IMG/VR virus record: IMGVR_UViG_3300046466_000192
Location: 1 to 55,164 of that record
Length of the DNA stretch: 55,164 nucleotides
Origin: a virus
Taxonomy: Duplodnaviria; Caudoviricetes
Direction: 5' to 3' (one strand)
A program made the translations under genes and the position numbers. Within the stretch, counting starts at the first letter, position 1. Each line of letters begins with the position of its first letter. This document shows, in pieces, positions 54,950-55,164 of this stretch. Below the pieces are notes generated by a model. That model was not told the DNA's origin. It saw nothing but the letters and a program-made list of their open reading frames with translations, and did no database searches.

Positions 54950-55128
54950 GGTAATATAGTTTTTTCTATATAAGTTAAACCTTTGTAGTTAAACCATTGT
55001 GATTTACCTTGTTTTTCGTTTTGAAAAATAAAGCCGAATGAGTTAGGTATATTGCCTATTGAATAACCTTTGTAAGTTGTTTTGTTAAGGCGAATGTGAT
55101 TGTTAGGTAAGAATTTAATTGATTGCAT
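54943..55128 (-). CDS. Hypothetical early protein
   Basis: 61-aa ORF downstream of promoter copy 4. Confidence 0.6.
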   Translation of the reverse strand: MQSIKFLPNNHIRLNKTTYKGYSIGNIPNSFGFIFQNEKQGKSQWFNYKGLTYIEKTILPW

Positions 55129-55154
55129 AGTATATTATTTATGTTTTACATTGT

Positions 55155-55164
55155 TATTATCCAA
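55155..55164 (-). promoter_or_regulatory. Early promoter repeat copy 4 (truncated by window end)
   Basis: TTGGATAATA followed by ACAAT, as in copy 1. Confidence 0.6.

Noticed and set aside
51431-55164. 32-nt repeats as a CRISPR array
   Set aside because: Spacing is 0.5-2 kb with genes between copies; no cas genes.
1-55164. Stop-codon reassignment as in some crAss-like phages
   Set aside because: Genes are full length under code 11; TAG and TGA are used as normal stops; no suppressor tRNA.

Overview
Part of the genome of an AT-rich lytic dsDNA podovirus-like phage, most likely infecting marine Flavobacteriia/Bacteroidota. The host inference rests on A/T-rich Shine-Dalgarno-free translation starts, Flavobacterium-like NrdA/NrdB and a phi38:1/crAss-like gene order. 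The + strand (1-38508) is the late block: tail spike/fibre, tandem GroES-like protein, terminase, portal, scaffold, major capsid, ring/nozzle proteins, three ejection proteins (including a 2452-aa multidomain protein), an envelope/lysis cassette and an M15 endolysin. The - strand (38625-55164) carries early and replication genes: RNR alpha/beta, resolvase, two MazG-like proteins, a thymidylate-synthase-fold enzyme, primase-helicase, SSB, RecE/ERF, sigma factor, ligase, many small early ORFs, a tRNA(CAT) and repeated promoter-like motifs. No DNA polymerase, integrase or CRISPR is visible. Most interesting observations: (1) a 79-nt tmRNA-like tRNA-domain-only RNA with G3:U70; (2) the giant ejection protein looks like a polyprotein (zincin protease, then sigma-like, His-Me-like and HAD domains separated by repeated QFSRT motifs); (3) a 230-codon ORF overprinted on terL that coincides with a GC-rich patch; (4) a dCMP-hydroxymethylase-type active site flanked by NTP pyrophosphatases; (5) a beta-barrel/redox-dead thioredoxin envelope module. 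All calls come from motif recognition by eye; no database searches were run.
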